Positions 9,386-20,400 of a stretch of 64,000 nt of DNA are shown in pieces. The stretch covers positions 13,708 to 77,707 of the forward strand of contig CAZXGG010000001.1 in the NCBI GenBank assembly GCA_964640125.1, read 5' to 3'. The first letter of the stretch is position 1, and every line of letters starts with the position of its first letter. Source of the DNA: an uncultured Rikenellaceae bacterium (GTDB lineage: Bacteria > Bacteroidota > Bacteroidia > Bacteroidales > VadinHA17). Under the pieces are notes generated by a model that had not been told where the DNA came from, ran no database searches, and was given only the letters and a program-made list of their open reading frames with translations. The position numbers and the translations under genes were made by a program.

Positions 9386-9670
9386 TCGTTAATAGTTAAA
9401 CGTTATTTGTTAATAGTCGTATACCTTTTGTGCTATTAATTCCATTTAAATAATTGATTATAAGCTAGTTATTCAAAACATTTAAGTAGGTGTCTGTCCC
9501 TATTTAATTTATTTGGGAATCCTTTTTTTGTATCCTTCTTCATCTTCGATTAATTCAATATCTTTGTTATAATCTGGTATTTATGAAGGAAAGCCTGCTC
9601 TATCCTCGATTGGATCGAGGTGCATGCCAGGTCAGTTCCCTGAAATAAATAACCTATAAATTATACGCCC

Positions 9671-10657
9671 ATGAAAAAGAAGATCACGCGCCGCAGGTTT
9701 ATTGAAACCACACTGGCAGGTACAGCAGCCGTTGCGATGGCTCCTGCACTGAGTTGCAACATGATTTCAAATCCCTATGATCCAAAAGGATTACCCACAC
9801 GTGTTCTTGGAAATACCGGTGTTACCGTGCCCATTTTAGGATTTGGATGCGGGAGCAGATGGATGGCAGTTGAAGATGACGATGAGGCACTCGGGATCCT
9901 TGAACATGCGCTCAATAACGGTTTGTATTACTGGGATACGGCAGCCAATTATGGCAATGAACGGACATCCAGTGAGGAACGGATCGGTAAGCTTCTTCCA
10001 ACCCGGAGAAAGGAGGTATTCCTTGTAACCAAGGTTGACGAGCGGGAAGGGGAAAAGGCGAAAGCGAGCATTGAAAGAAGCCTGAAACGGCTCCAAACTG
10101 ATACTATCGATCTGTTGCATGTGCACAGTATTGCTTCCGTTGCAGATGCCGAAAAGCTTGGAGAGAAGGGCCAGGTACTGGAGGTGCTCCACGACTATAA
10201 GCAACAGGGCATTGTCCGTTATATTGGTTTTACCGGGCATGCCACAGCGGATGGAATGAAAAGAGCAGCCGAGCTGTACGATTTTGAAGTGATGATGATC
10301 GCATTGAACCACTACGTTGAAACCACAGCTCAACCTTTCGAGGAACATGCTGTTCCGTTTGCCGCAAACAAGGGCATGGGGGTTATTGCCATGAAGGTAA
10401 TCCGACCGAGGGAAACGGTGGAAGGTCTCGCCCCGGAGATGCTTGTGCGCTATGCCCTGTCCGCAAAACATTTTTCCCTTGCCAACATCGGTACCGACAG
10501 CATGGAGGTACTCAAAGCCAACCTGGCACTGATAAAAGATTTTAAACCCCTTGATAGCCAGGAAATGAAGGACCTTCAGGCTGCATTAGAACCCTTCTTC
10601 CAAGATAAAAACCTGCCCTGGATGCATCCCTCTTATGTGGATGGACGGATGGTATAA
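9671..10657 (+). CDS. Aldo/keto reductase with Tat signal peptide
   Basis: TRRRFI twin-arginine signal; LGFGCG, WDTAANYG, FLVTK, SLKRLQTDTIDLLHVH, GVIAMK. Confidence 0.92.
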   Translation: MKKKITRRRFIETTLAGTAAVAMAPALSCNMISNPYDPKGLPTRVLGNTGVTVPILGFGCGSRWMAVEDDDEALGILEHALNNGLYYWDTAANYGNERTSSEERIGKLLPTRRKEVFLVTKVDEREGEKAKASIERSLKRLQTDTIDLLHVHSIASVADAEKLGEKGQVLEVLHDYKQQGIVRYIGFTGHATADGMKRAAELYDFEVMMIALNHYVETTAQPFEEHAVPFAANKGMGVIAMKVIRPRETVEGLAPEMLVRYALSAKHFSLANIGTDSMEVLKANLALIKDFKPLDSQEMKDLQAALEPFFQDKNLPWMHPSYVDGRMV

Positions 10658-10732
10658 ATAGATGTTTGCAAAATTTCCGGTTTTATTTCAGAATTTGCAA
10701 AAGTTGAACCTGATTATAACATTTACCGGCAA

Positions 10733-11584
10733 ATGAAAACCATTGTAAGGCTAATAGTCACCGGTTTAGTTCCTTTTCTTCTGAATGGAACAATCTCCTG
10801 TCAGACCAATGCAAAGCAACCGCTATATACTATCCCGGATACTAAAGTACAAACCGTTGAATCCAGGTATGTAGAAAATATGGTTTACAAGATTGATATA
10901 GCAATTCCTGAAAATTACTTCCGGACGGAGAAATGTTATCCAACACTATATATTCTGGATGCCTGGTCGTATTTTGGCTTTGCTGTTCAGGCTTACCGGG
11001 CACTTCGGGTGTTCGATGAAGTACCCGAAATGTTGATTATTGGAATTTCACACTTTGGTGACTCAAAAGATGATGTATTTTATCGAGCCAGAGACTACAC
11101 ACCCACTGAAGTGGATTCATCCCAATGGCTTCCAAAAACGGGTGGTGCTTCTGAATTTCAACAATTCATTGAATATGAATTATTTCCTTTCATTGAAAAT
11201 AATTACCGAACAACAGTAGGAGACCGGGCAATTTTTGGTGCTTCAGCAGGTGGAATTTTTTGCACTTATCTTTTGTTTAATCATCCTGGAATGTTTTGCC
11301 GTTACATCATTGGCGGACCAGCCGGGTGGTATGATAATTATATCGTATTAGACTACGAGAAGAGGTATTCAGAACTGCATGACAGCTTACCAGCGAGGAT
11401 TTTCATGACCGTTGGCAGTACGGAACATGAAATGCAAATTAAAGGTTGGGCTTCATTAAAAGATTCGATGATTTCCAGAGATTATGACGTCCTTGAGATG
11501 ACGGCTTTTAAAATCGAAGATGAAGGACATATTTCACAAGCGTTGATCGCCTTCATCAAAGGATTAAAGGCAGTTTTCAAATAA
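10733..11584 (+). CDS. Alpha/beta hydrolase, putative esterase (IroE/BesA-like), probable lipoprotein
   Basis: YPTLYILD, RARDYTP, GGASEFQQFI; GASAGG nucleophile elbow; C-terminal EGH. Confidence 0.85.
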   Translation: MKTIVRLIVTGLVPFLLNGTISCQTNAKQPLYTIPDTKVQTVESRYVENMVYKIDIAIPENYFRTEKCYPTLYILDAWSYFGFAVQAYRALRVFDEVPEMLIIGISHFGDSKDDVFYRARDYTPTEVDSSQWLPKTGGASEFQQFIEYELFPFIENNYRTTVGDRAIFGASAGGIFCTYLLFNHPGMFCRYIIGGPAGWYDNYIVLDYEKRYSELHDSLPARIFMTVGSTEHEMQIKGWASLKDSMISRDYDVLEMTAFKIEDEGHISQALIAFIKGLKAVFK

Positions 11585-11597
11585 GAGTAACAGAGAT

Positions 11598-11634
11598 AAA
11601 AAGACCCGGTCACCAGGTGGTGCCGGGTCTTTTT
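11598..11634. terminator. Bidirectional intrinsic terminator between convergent genes
   Basis: AAAAAGACCCGG-TCACCAGGTGGTG-CCGGGTCTTTTT, a GC stem with A and T tracts on either side. Confidence 0.85.
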
Positions 11635-11650
11635 CATTAAAACCGTAGTG

Positions 11651-12691
11651 CTACGATTCAATTTTCTCCAATTCTTTCCAGACCAGTGCGCTGGCGCCTA
11701 CAATGGCAGCCGTACCGGCTTTGAGTTCTGAGGGGAGAATTTTAACTTTATTGCGAAAGACCGGCAGGACATGCCGTTCCATGGAATCTTTTGTGGGTTT
11801 AAAAATCAGTTCACCAGCTGCTGCTGCACCGCCGAACAGAAAAATGGCTTCCGGGCTCAGGTGGTCAACGGTAATGGCCAGACCCCTGCCCAGCAACTCA
11901 CCGGTTATTTCAAATGCCTCCTTTGCTATTTTATCCCCTTTTACGGCTGCATTGTACACCATTTCCGAAGTCATCGAATTAAAGGGTATTCCGGCAAGTT
12001 CACTTCGGCTATCGTTATATTGTGCCAGAAGTTCATATACCGTTCGTGTAATGCCCGGTGCAGAGCAATAGGCTTCCAGGTGTCCCAATCCACCGCACCC
12101 GCATAAACGTCCTTCAGGCACCACAACAATGTGGCCACATTCCCCGGCAAAGCCATCATGGCCATAAACCAGGTCCCCGTCCACGATCAGACCACTGCCT
12201 ACTCCTGTACCGAGTGTTATCATCACAAAGTTTTTCATCCCCTTACCACCACCATATATCATTTCACCCAGTGCGGCAGCATTTGCATCATTGGTTAATT
12301 TGATGATTTCGATTTCGGGGACCTTCGCCTTAATCAGGTCTGCAAATTGAACCACTCCGACGAATGGCAGGTTGGGTGCAAGCTCAATGGTCCCCTTGTA
12401 ATAGTTACCATTCGGTGCTCCGATCCCGATACCTGCAATATCAATACCGGTTGTGCTTTTTCTGACTGTATCAATTGCCGATTTAATCTCAGTTGCAAGG
12501 GTACTTGTGTATCGTTCCAGGATCTCTTCCGATTTTTTCTGGCTTGCATCCGGATTCTCTTTCTTCTGGGGAGTGGGCAACTGGGGCTTTTTCTCATATA
12601 AAACATTGCCATCCCGGTCAACAATTCCTATGGCGGTGTTCGTTCCGCCAATGTCGATTCCTATCGCTATTTCACTCATATTTTTGATCAT
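11651..12691 (-). CDS. ROK family sugar kinase (glucokinase-like)
   Basis: GIDIGGTN, NDANAAALGE, TLGTGVGSG, GECGH...CGCGGLGHLEAY. Alternative start at 12679. Confidence 0.93.
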   Translation of the reverse strand: MIKNMSEIAIGIDIGGTNTAIGIVDRDGNVLYEKKPQLPTPQKKENPDASQKKSEEILERYTSTLATEIKSAIDTVRKSTTGIDIAGIGIGAPNGNYYKGTIELAPNLPFVGVVQFADLIKAKVPEIEIIKLTNDANAAALGEMIYGGGKGMKNFVMITLGTGVGSGLIVDGDLVYGHDGFAGECGHIVVVPEGRLCGCGGLGHLEAYCSAPGITRTVYELLAQYNDSRSELAGIPFNSMTSEMVYNAAVKGDKIAKEAFEITGELLGRGLAITVDHLSPEAIFLFGGAAAAGELIFKPTKDSMERHVLPVFRNKVKILPSELKAGTAAIVGASALVWKELEKIES

Positions 12692-12716
12692 CAGGTTTGC
12701 ATTAATAAAATACGGA

Positions 12717-14072
12717 TTATCTCATCCGGCTCCCTTTTGCTGCAAAGAAAAAGATGTAGGCATAGCAGACTGCCGGGACCAGAAATGCCCAGGTATATCC
12801 GGGGCCATCGGCAATGCTGCCCATGATAAGCGGAATGATTCCTCCACCAATAATCAGGCTGTTAATAATCCCTGATGCCGTGCTCAATTCCCCTTTATCC
12901 AGGTCTTTTACACTTAGTGAGAAAATAGTCGGGAACATGACCGAGTTGAAGAACCCGATGGATACCACGGTCCAGAGCGCAACCTGCCCGGTAGTAATTG
13001 CTGTAATGATTGCCAGAAGGGCTGCTACACCGGAAAATACCGATAGTGTACGGGTGTCACGACCGGCACCTATCTGCATGATAATGAAGTTAATCAATGC
13101 AACGATCAGGAAATATAAACCGTGTTTCCAATGCCAGTCGGTGACAAATGAACCGGCAAAAAAAGCAAGTACCAATATTCCAAGGACAAACTGGTATTTC
13201 CTGGCTGCAGTTTTTATATCCGAAAGCATAACGGCTCCAAAGAACCTGCCGATCATCGCACCACCCCAGTAGATTGATGCAAAACGGGAAGCGGCTTCGG
13301 CAGTCAGTCCCCCATTCTCAGGGATTCTGAGGTAATTGACAATTAAGCCCGCCGTACCGACTTCGGCCCCCACATAAAAGAAAATAGCCAGGGTACCCAA
13401 CAGTACATGCGGGTATCTCCAAACACTTTTTCGAATTTCCCCGGGGACTGCTGCACCAGTAATTTCCGGAAGCTTCATTGCCATGATGGCAAATGCGATC
13501 AGCAGCACCAGGATCCCCATGATAATGAATGGCATCTGTACTGTTTTTGCCGCAGATGCAGCATCCAGCATTTCTCCGGCACCTTTGAAAACAGCGACGG
13601 AAATGATCCAGGGTGCAATCATGGTTGCAACTGAATTCAATGCCTGCACCAGATTCAACCGTCCGGAAGCAGTTGTATCGGGTCCTAAAGCCGTCGCATA
13701 CGGATTGGCAGCAACCTGCAGCAATACAACGCCTGATGCAAGCACAAAAGTGGCTGCCAGAAACAGCGGATAGGACGGAATGGAGGCAGCAGGATAAAAC
13801 AGGAAACTACCCAATGCCATTAAAATCAATCCGACAATCAATGAAACTTTATACCCGATTCTTTTCACAATATAACCGCTTGGAATGGAAAGGATGGGAT
13901 AGGCAATGAAAAAGGCAGATGTAATAAACTGCGCTTCAAATTCACTCAATGTGAATACTTCCTTTACTTTGGCACTCAACGTAATAATAAACGTAGTCGC
14001 AAAGCCGAAAATAAAAAAGATAGCTCCGATAACGGAAAGTCCCAAGGTGTTGGTGGATTTCTTGTATTCCAT
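12717..14072 (-). CDS. Sugar MFS transporter (FucP/GluP glucose/galactose family)
   Basis: LQVAANPY, RLNLVQALNS, YVGAEV, YWGGAMIGRF and NSVMFPTIFSL FucP-family motifs. Confidence 0.93.
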   Translation of the reverse strand: MEYKKSTNTLGLSVIGAIFFIFGFATTFIITLSAKVKEVFTLSEFEAQFITSAFFIAYPILSIPSGYIVKRIGYKVSLIVGLILMALGSFLFYPAASIPSYPLFLAATFVLASGVVLLQVAANPYATALGPDTTASGRLNLVQALNSVATMIAPWIISVAVFKGAGEMLDAASAAKTVQMPFIIMGILVLLIAFAIMAMKLPEITGAAVPGEIRKSVWRYPHVLLGTLAIFFYVGAEVGTAGLIVNYLRIPENGGLTAEAASRFASIYWGGAMIGRFFGAVMLSDIKTAARKYQFVLGILVLAFFAGSFVTDWHWKHGLYFLIVALINFIIMQIGAGRDTRTLSVFSGVAALLAIITAITTGQVALWTVVSIGFFNSVMFPTIFSLSVKDLDKGELSTASGIINSLIIGGGIIPLIMGSIADGPGYTWAFLVPAVCYAYIFFFAAKGSRMR

Positions 14073-14215
14073 TATGTTTCTTATTAGTTAATAGATTAAT
14101 GATTGGTTAAGCCTGTTTCAGTTTGAAGAAAACAAATATATAAAATAATTGAGATTATCATTAAAAACAGGTTCTTTATACAGAAATAACTGGATGCGAG
14201 TGTTGTAGCCTGGTG

Positions 14216-15583
14216 TTATTCCAGTTCGTACTTTTTAATTTTTGCAAGCAAATTTACCCGTGATATTCCCAGGATATCAGCAGCTTTAGTCCGGTTTCCA
14301 CCAGTAAATTTCAGTACTTTTCTTATGTGTTCCTTTTCGATCTCCTGTATTGACTGGGGTTTGAAATCATTATTAAGTTCTTCATCACAGCATTGCTGTG
14401 CATGAAAGAAATGAGGGAGTGATGTTCGCCTTAATTCCGTTCCTGTCTCAATAATAATTGCACTGTTGATGATATTCATCAATTCTCTCACATTCCCTGG
14501 GAATGGATAGTTTTTCAGGCAGTTCATTAAGGAGGGACAAATCTTTTTGACATTTTTTTGATATTTCTCGTTGAATCTTTCAAGAAAAAAATTGGCAAGT
14601 AATGGAATATCTTCTAGTCGTTCGCGCAGGGGTGGAAGGTTAATGGAATTGATATTAAGCCGGAAAAAGAGGTCTTTTCTGAAATTTCCATTTTGTATCT
14701 CCTCAAAAAGGTTTTTATTGGTCGCTGCAATGATCCGTACGTCTACTTTAATATTTTTTGTAGAGCCCAGTTTATAAAACTCCTCTTCCTGTAAAACCCG
14801 CAGCAATTTCACCTGGATGGGAAGTGATAATTCTCCGATCTCATCCAGGAATAAGGTTCCACCATTTGCCTCTTCGATAAAACCGGTTTTGTCTTTATCG
14901 GCACCGGTAAATGCGCCCTTCTCGTGTCCAAAAAATTCAGAGGAAAAAAGCTCATGGGCAAATGTGCCGGCGTTTACAGCGATAAATTGTTTATCTTTTC
15001 TTTTACTGATTTCATGAATGGCTTTTGCTATCAGTTCCTTTCCGGACCCGCTCTCTCCCCAGATCAGGACACTATTATCCGTCACGGCAAACTTCTCTAC
15101 ATACCGAAATATCCGGATCATCTCTTCATTATTGGTAATGATATTCTCAAAAACCCGTTTGTGTTTAAGATCATCCCTTGAAGCAACTCCTGATGCACCG
15201 GGTTTTCTCTGTTCCAGCTGAACATTTTTCAAGGCATTGTGAATCGTATCGAGTAATTTCTCCTCATCAATGGGTTTGAGCATATAGTCAAAGGTCCCAC
15301 ATTTCATCGCTGATATTGCCAGGTCCACATCTTCCACGCCGGTTAATACGATCGTAACGATACTGATGTTGTTCTCATTAATATACTTCAGGATATCAAG
15401 ACCTGATACGTGAGGCATATCCATATCCAGCAAGAGAACATCAAATTTCTCCTTTTTCAGCAGATCAAATGCATTCCGGCTATCCTGAAGTGTTTTGGGT
15501 TCAAAACCTCCCGATTGAAGGAGAAAAATATTCAGAAAATTCAGGATTGCCAGATTGTCGTCGATTACGAGTACCTTTGTCAT
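14216..15583 (-). CDS. Sigma-54-dependent response regulator (NtrC/AtoC family)
   Basis: REC domain (VIDD, LLDMDMP, KP), Walker A GESGSGKE, GAFTGA, FLDEIGE, C-terminal Fis-type HTH (GNRTKAADILGISR). Overlaps the kinase stop (ATGA). Confidence 0.95.
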   Translation of the reverse strand: MTKVLVIDDNLAILNFLNIFLLQSGGFEPKTLQDSRNAFDLLKKEKFDVLLLDMDMPHVSGLDILKYINENNISIVTIVLTGVEDVDLAISAMKCGTFDYMLKPIDEEKLLDTIHNALKNVQLEQRKPGASGVASRDDLKHKRVFENIITNNEEMIRIFRYVEKFAVTDNSVLIWGESGSGKELIAKAIHEISKRKDKQFIAVNAGTFAHELFSSEFFGHEKGAFTGADKDKTGFIEEANGGTLFLDEIGELSLPIQVKLLRVLQEEEFYKLGSTKNIKVDVRIIAATNKNLFEEIQNGNFRKDLFFRLNINSINLPPLRERLEDIPLLANFFLERFNEKYQKNVKKICPSLMNCLKNYPFPGNVRELMNIINSAIIIETGTELRRTSLPHFFHAQQCCDEELNNDFKPQSIQEIEKEHIRKVLKFTGGNRTKAADILGISRVNLLAKIKKYELE

Positions 15584-17463
15584 TTTTTATCATTTAATTT
15601 AACCGGGATGCGGATAGTAAAAGTTGTACCTGATCCCAGTGTGGAGTCCACCTCAATTTTTCCATGATGATCTTTTATGATACCATATGAAATGGATAAA
15701 CCTAATCCTGATCCACCTTTATCTCGTTTGGTGGTAAAGAATGGATCAAAGATATTCCTTTTGGTTTTCTCATCCATTCCTTTTCCGTTGTCTGTTATGT
15801 TTATGACTACTTCTTCACTGGATTGGTCATAATCTGTTTTAATGGTGATCAATCCAACCCCATTCTCTATAGCCTGCGAGGCATTGATAATCATATTCAT
15901 CAACACCTGCTCCAGTTTCGGAATGTTTCCGTTGAATTCAGGGACATTGGGATTAAGATCGAATGTGACCTGAGCTTGTTTCTTTATGTGTTTTTGTGTA
16001 AAGGTCAGGTGAGTTTTTATCAAATGATTGATATCCACCATGTCCGACAGGGTTTCTTCATCTTTTCGTGCAAAATTCCTCAAGTCGAGTACAATTTGTT
16101 TTGTCCGGTTTGCTCCTTCAATCATATCACCTATAAGGATGGAAATATTCTCTTTAAAAAGATCATAGGGTAACCGTGCGATTTTTTCATTGGGGTGCCC
16201 GTCAAAATAGTGATCCAGTATGGGAAAAATATCATTGAAGGCTTCCTGAATGATCTTGAGGTTCCCAAGGATAAATGTATTGGGATTATTGATTTCATGA
16301 GCAACGCCTGCTACCAGTTTTCCCAGCGAAGCAAGCTTATAGGATTGAATGAGCTGTGATTCCAGTTGTTTGTTCAGTGTAATATCCCTGCACACCTCAA
16401 GTACTCTTTCAACCTCCCCCTCCTTATCAAAAATAGGATATGACCTCATTAAGAAATACTTACCATCCACTGATTTTTCCATCATGCTGTTTTTCCCTTT
16501 CCCGAAAGTAACAACTGCATTACAATTAGGGCATTTATGATCAGCATTAAACAATTTTTTATAGCATTTGCCGGAATTACCAATTTCATCCTTGTTGGAC
16601 ATGATGATGTTATAATCCGGATCAATTACGATAATCCTGTCAGCAATCGCCTCAAAGAATGTCTTGAAGTTTTCAGAACCCTGTTGAAGTTGTTCTGTTA
16701 GTTTCACCAGGGTTTCATTTTTTGAAATGAGAATTTTCTGCTGTTCTTCAAGTGCGTTCTTCTTTTCATTGTTTTCGATGGCTCGGGCTATCTTGCCAGA
16801 AATTTCCCGGATAAGAGTCTCCTCTTCCTCCAGGAACCGAACCTTTTTTATCAGGTGTACATGAATGTTACCTCTCTTCTTCTTGTTGAGTTTAATATCA
16901 ACATTCAACTCATTGTATCGTTTATATTTCAACGCATGTACATCCCCAAACATATTCCCATCCTGTTCAATTACAACTTTGGTGTGTTTTGGATGCTGAA
17001 ATCCTTCTTTTATATGCTGGGTACATTTTTCAATGGCTTCACTAAGGGATTTACTGGATTCCAGAGTATGGCTTATTGAATAGAGGCATTCCAGTTCTTT
17101 AATTCTTGCTTCCAGTTCCCGTTCAATTTTCGAGAATTGCAGCACTTTATCTTTAACAGAAAAAATGATATAATCACTGTTGGTATGGCTCACCGGGAAA
17201 AAAAGAAATACATTCCCCAGCTTTTTTGAAACGAACGTCCTGGGTAACTGGCTTTCTCTTGCATTTTCCAGCGTTTCTTTCATCTGGTATTCTTCACTTT
17301 TTTCAGCATATTCCCTTTCTTGAAATTCTTCAAAATGGATCCCGGCATCTTCGAATGATTTCTTTATCTTATCCCCGGCAAAGACCACCTTGTTGTCTCT
17401 TTCAAAGACAATGACGTTCTTAAACAACTCTATGACTAATTTAAATTGAGGCAGGTATTCCAT
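15580..17463 (-). CDS. Cytoplasmic PAS-domain sensor histidine kinase (NtrB-like)
   Basis: H-box GVAHEINNP, N-box QVLMNMIINA, G1 DNGKGM, F-box FDPFFTTK, G2 GSGLGL. PAS domain contains CY-x9-CPNC. No TM segments. Confidence 0.93.
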   Translation of the reverse strand: MEYLPQFKLVIELFKNVIVFERDNKVVFAGDKIKKSFEDAGIHFEEFQEREYAEKSEEYQMKETLENARESQLPRTFVSKKLGNVFLFFPVSHTNSDYIIFSVKDKVLQFSKIERELEARIKELECLYSISHTLESSKSLSEAIEKCTQHIKEGFQHPKHTKVVIEQDGNMFGDVHALKYKRYNELNVDIKLNKKKRGNIHVHLIKKVRFLEEEETLIREISGKIARAIENNEKKNALEEQQKILISKNETLVKLTEQLQQGSENFKTFFEAIADRIIVIDPDYNIIMSNKDEIGNSGKCYKKLFNADHKCPNCNAVVTFGKGKNSMMEKSVDGKYFLMRSYPIFDKEGEVERVLEVCRDITLNKQLESQLIQSYKLASLGKLVAGVAHEINNPNTFILGNLKIIQEAFNDIFPILDHYFDGHPNEKIARLPYDLFKENISILIGDMIEGANRTKQIVLDLRNFARKDEETLSDMVDINHLIKTHLTFTQKHIKKQAQVTFDLNPNVPEFNGNIPKLEQVLMNMIINASQAIENGVGLITIKTDYDQSSEEVVINITDNGKGMDEKTKRNIFDPFFTTKRDKGGSGLGLSISYGIIKDHHGKIEVDSTLGSGTTFTIRIPVKLNDKK

Positions 17464-17469
17464 GACACA

Positions 17470-20400
17470 TTAGTGAAAAAGGTTACTTTTTATATTCTTT
17501 CTGAAAAACATTTCTGAATAACTAAATGAGGTTTTTAATGGATTAATTGTTTTTAAATCGTAATCAATGATGGCAAAATTCGGCTTTTTATTTCGTGTAA
17601 AAAACTTCCCCAGAATTACTGGATTGACAAGGACACTGTTTGGTTTGCCTTCCCGATACATCCGATTAATTGTGCACATCTCTGAAAAAATCGCTTTGAT
17701 AGACTCATACCCGAATCCACCGTTAAAACAGGAAGCCAGCTTCGAAATCGTTTCCCATCCTTCATTCATGTTGTTGGGATAAATAACCGGTATTGATTCC
17801 TGTAGTCTTCTTTCGCAATTTGTATATGTCCCACGATCTTCTATAAAGGATGGTGCAGGAAGAACAACTTCAGCTCGCCTCGCAGTATCGGTGTAAAATG
17901 AATCGTGGACCAGCAGAAATTCCATGTTCTTAAACCATCTGGCAGTATCAAGGCATGCAAGTGGATCCTCACCAAAAATAAGTACTGCCTTAATTTTGCC
18001 TTCCATCAGTTCCTTTTTGATGTCCGTTGGAAGAAAAACCCGTTCAAGGTCGGTATTCCACATTTGCTCAATTCTTTTAATCTCCTCCCGTTCAAAAAAT
18101 TTGACATACCCCGGCAGGTGGTCGGGGTCAACACCCATATCGAGATGTCCTGCTGAGTTCGAATAATCTCGCAACAACATCAACCCATTATTTCTCCTTG
18201 AAAAGCGGTTCGTTAACAAAAGGTAGTTCCCAATGGCTTTCAAGTCGTTTTTCGTTTTTTCCTTCCGGGAATCCAGATTATAAATAAAAATGATGTTCGA
18301 TGAAGGATTATTGAGGAGATCGACCAATGTATCAAATTTTTCTTCATCAATTTCTGCTATGTCACAGGCCTCTTCTTTCCGAAACATGGCGATCATTTTT
18401 TTCAATTCCTCCAGCCCTTCAACCGTTGAACGAATCGATGTTTCATCATACTGATTTCTTTCTATCACTTGTTGAATGATCGCATTCATCAGCACTGTAT
18501 TGGTTCCTTTTCTGCTATCAATCCACAGGTCGGCAAATTTGGTAAGTTTTATTTCGGAGGAATTGATCAGGATCAGTTTTGTCCCATTCTTCTGTGCTTC
18601 TTTGATTTTCAGTTCCATAATCAGGTTTTCTTCCGACAGATCACCATTCACCACAACCAGCAGGTCGGCTTTCTGAAAATCATCCATGGTTACCGTTGAC
18701 GAGGTTATACCCAGCGAGTCATCGAGATCGATCAGGGCTGTTTCGTTTACGAGCGTATCGATACTGGCAATGTTATTGGTCCCTAACCCAGAACGACCGA
18801 ACTTCTGCAGCAGATAGAGTTGTTCATTGGGTAATTTAGGGGAGCAAAAGAGTGCAACCGACTGAGGACCATGTTGATCGACTATTTCTTTGATCCTTTT
18901 TGCAGCATGGTCAATGGCTTTATCCGAATCAACCTGTTCTGGTTTTCCATTTTTTCTTATCGTTGCACTTTGTACTTTATTACCATTCATCAGGTAGCGG
19001 TGACCAAACCGTCCCTTCATACACAAATAACCTTTATTGTGCGAATCTTTAATCCCCTCTGTTGAGTTTGATACATAAACGATGTCATCATTGATCACCT
19101 TGTAGTTTATTTTGCATCCGATGGAACAAAAATTACAGATGGTTTCTCTATTTTCTTTCGGGAGTGTACCCAACACTTTAAACGGGAATTTTTCTGTAAT
19201 TGCACCAGTAGGGCATGTATCGATACAGTTACCACAGGATATGCAATTTGTATCAAGCAGTGGCTTTTCCATAGCAGGTTTAACAATAGCTTTGAATCCC
19301 CGGTAGACAAATCCCATTGAAGCCACTTTCAATATTTCCGAGCAGGTTCTGGTACATCTTCCACAATTGATGCATTTATTTGGATCCAGCAGAATGAATG
19401 GATGTCGAGTATCGACTTCATATTTCCTTGTCTCTCCCAAATAATCGGAAATATCCAGGTCAAATTCATCGGCTAATTTTCTTAATGCACAATCATAATA
19501 TTCCGAACATCCACACTCCAGGCAACGTTCCGATTCGATACAGGATTGTTCATCAGTGAGCCCTGTTTCCACTTCCCTGAATGTCTTTTTTCGGATGGCA
19601 AGGGGTATTTCCGGCATGGTAATCCGGTCACTTTTCGTAATTCGTTCCAGTTCCCGTGAAGGGATTTCACCGAAGTAGTGTTTAAAACTCAGGTATTTGC
19701 CATTTCCCCTGCCGGTTTGACCGTTTTTAAGGTAGTCATCTATTGAACATGCTGCCTGTTTGCCCTGTGCGATAGCGCTAATTGCTGTATAAGCACCCGT
19801 AACAACATCTCCACCGGCAAAAACTCCGGGGATTGATGTTTCCATTGTTTTTTGATCAACAACAACGCTGCCCCAGCTCTCCAGCTTCAGGTCTTTTTCT
19901 CCTGTAAGAGAGGATGACTCGATCTGTTGTCCGATGGCACTGATCAGGAAGTCACAATCCAGAATGAATTCAGATCCTGGAATGGGCACTGGTTTGGGTC
20001 TTTCTCCTGGTCCGGCATCTTCCAGTTTCATTTTCAGGCATTCGATGGCTTTCAATGTTTTCCCATCGCGTATGATCGATTTGGGAAGGGTAAGGAAATT
20101 GATTTCAACTCCCTCATTTTGTGCAGCTTCAATTTCTTCGCTATGGGCAGGCATTTCGTTCCGGCTTCTCCGGTATATAATTTTCACCTCATCAACGCCA
20201 CATCTCAATGCGGTCCTGGCTGCATCGATTGCTGTATTTCCACCACCCACGATTGCCACTTTCCCCTGGATTGCAGGAACACCTTTGAGGATCACTTCCC
20301 GCAAAAAATCGATTCCCGGGATGACACCTTCTGTATCGTTTTCTCCCTCCACTCTCATTTTGCTTGCCCGGTGTGCTCCAACAGCGATGAATAGTGCATT

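Noticed and set aside
9604-9620. CCTCGAT-TGG-ATCGAGG hairpin upstream of the aldo/keto reductase
   Set aside because: A single 7-bp stem with no U-tract and no recognisable riboswitch consensus.
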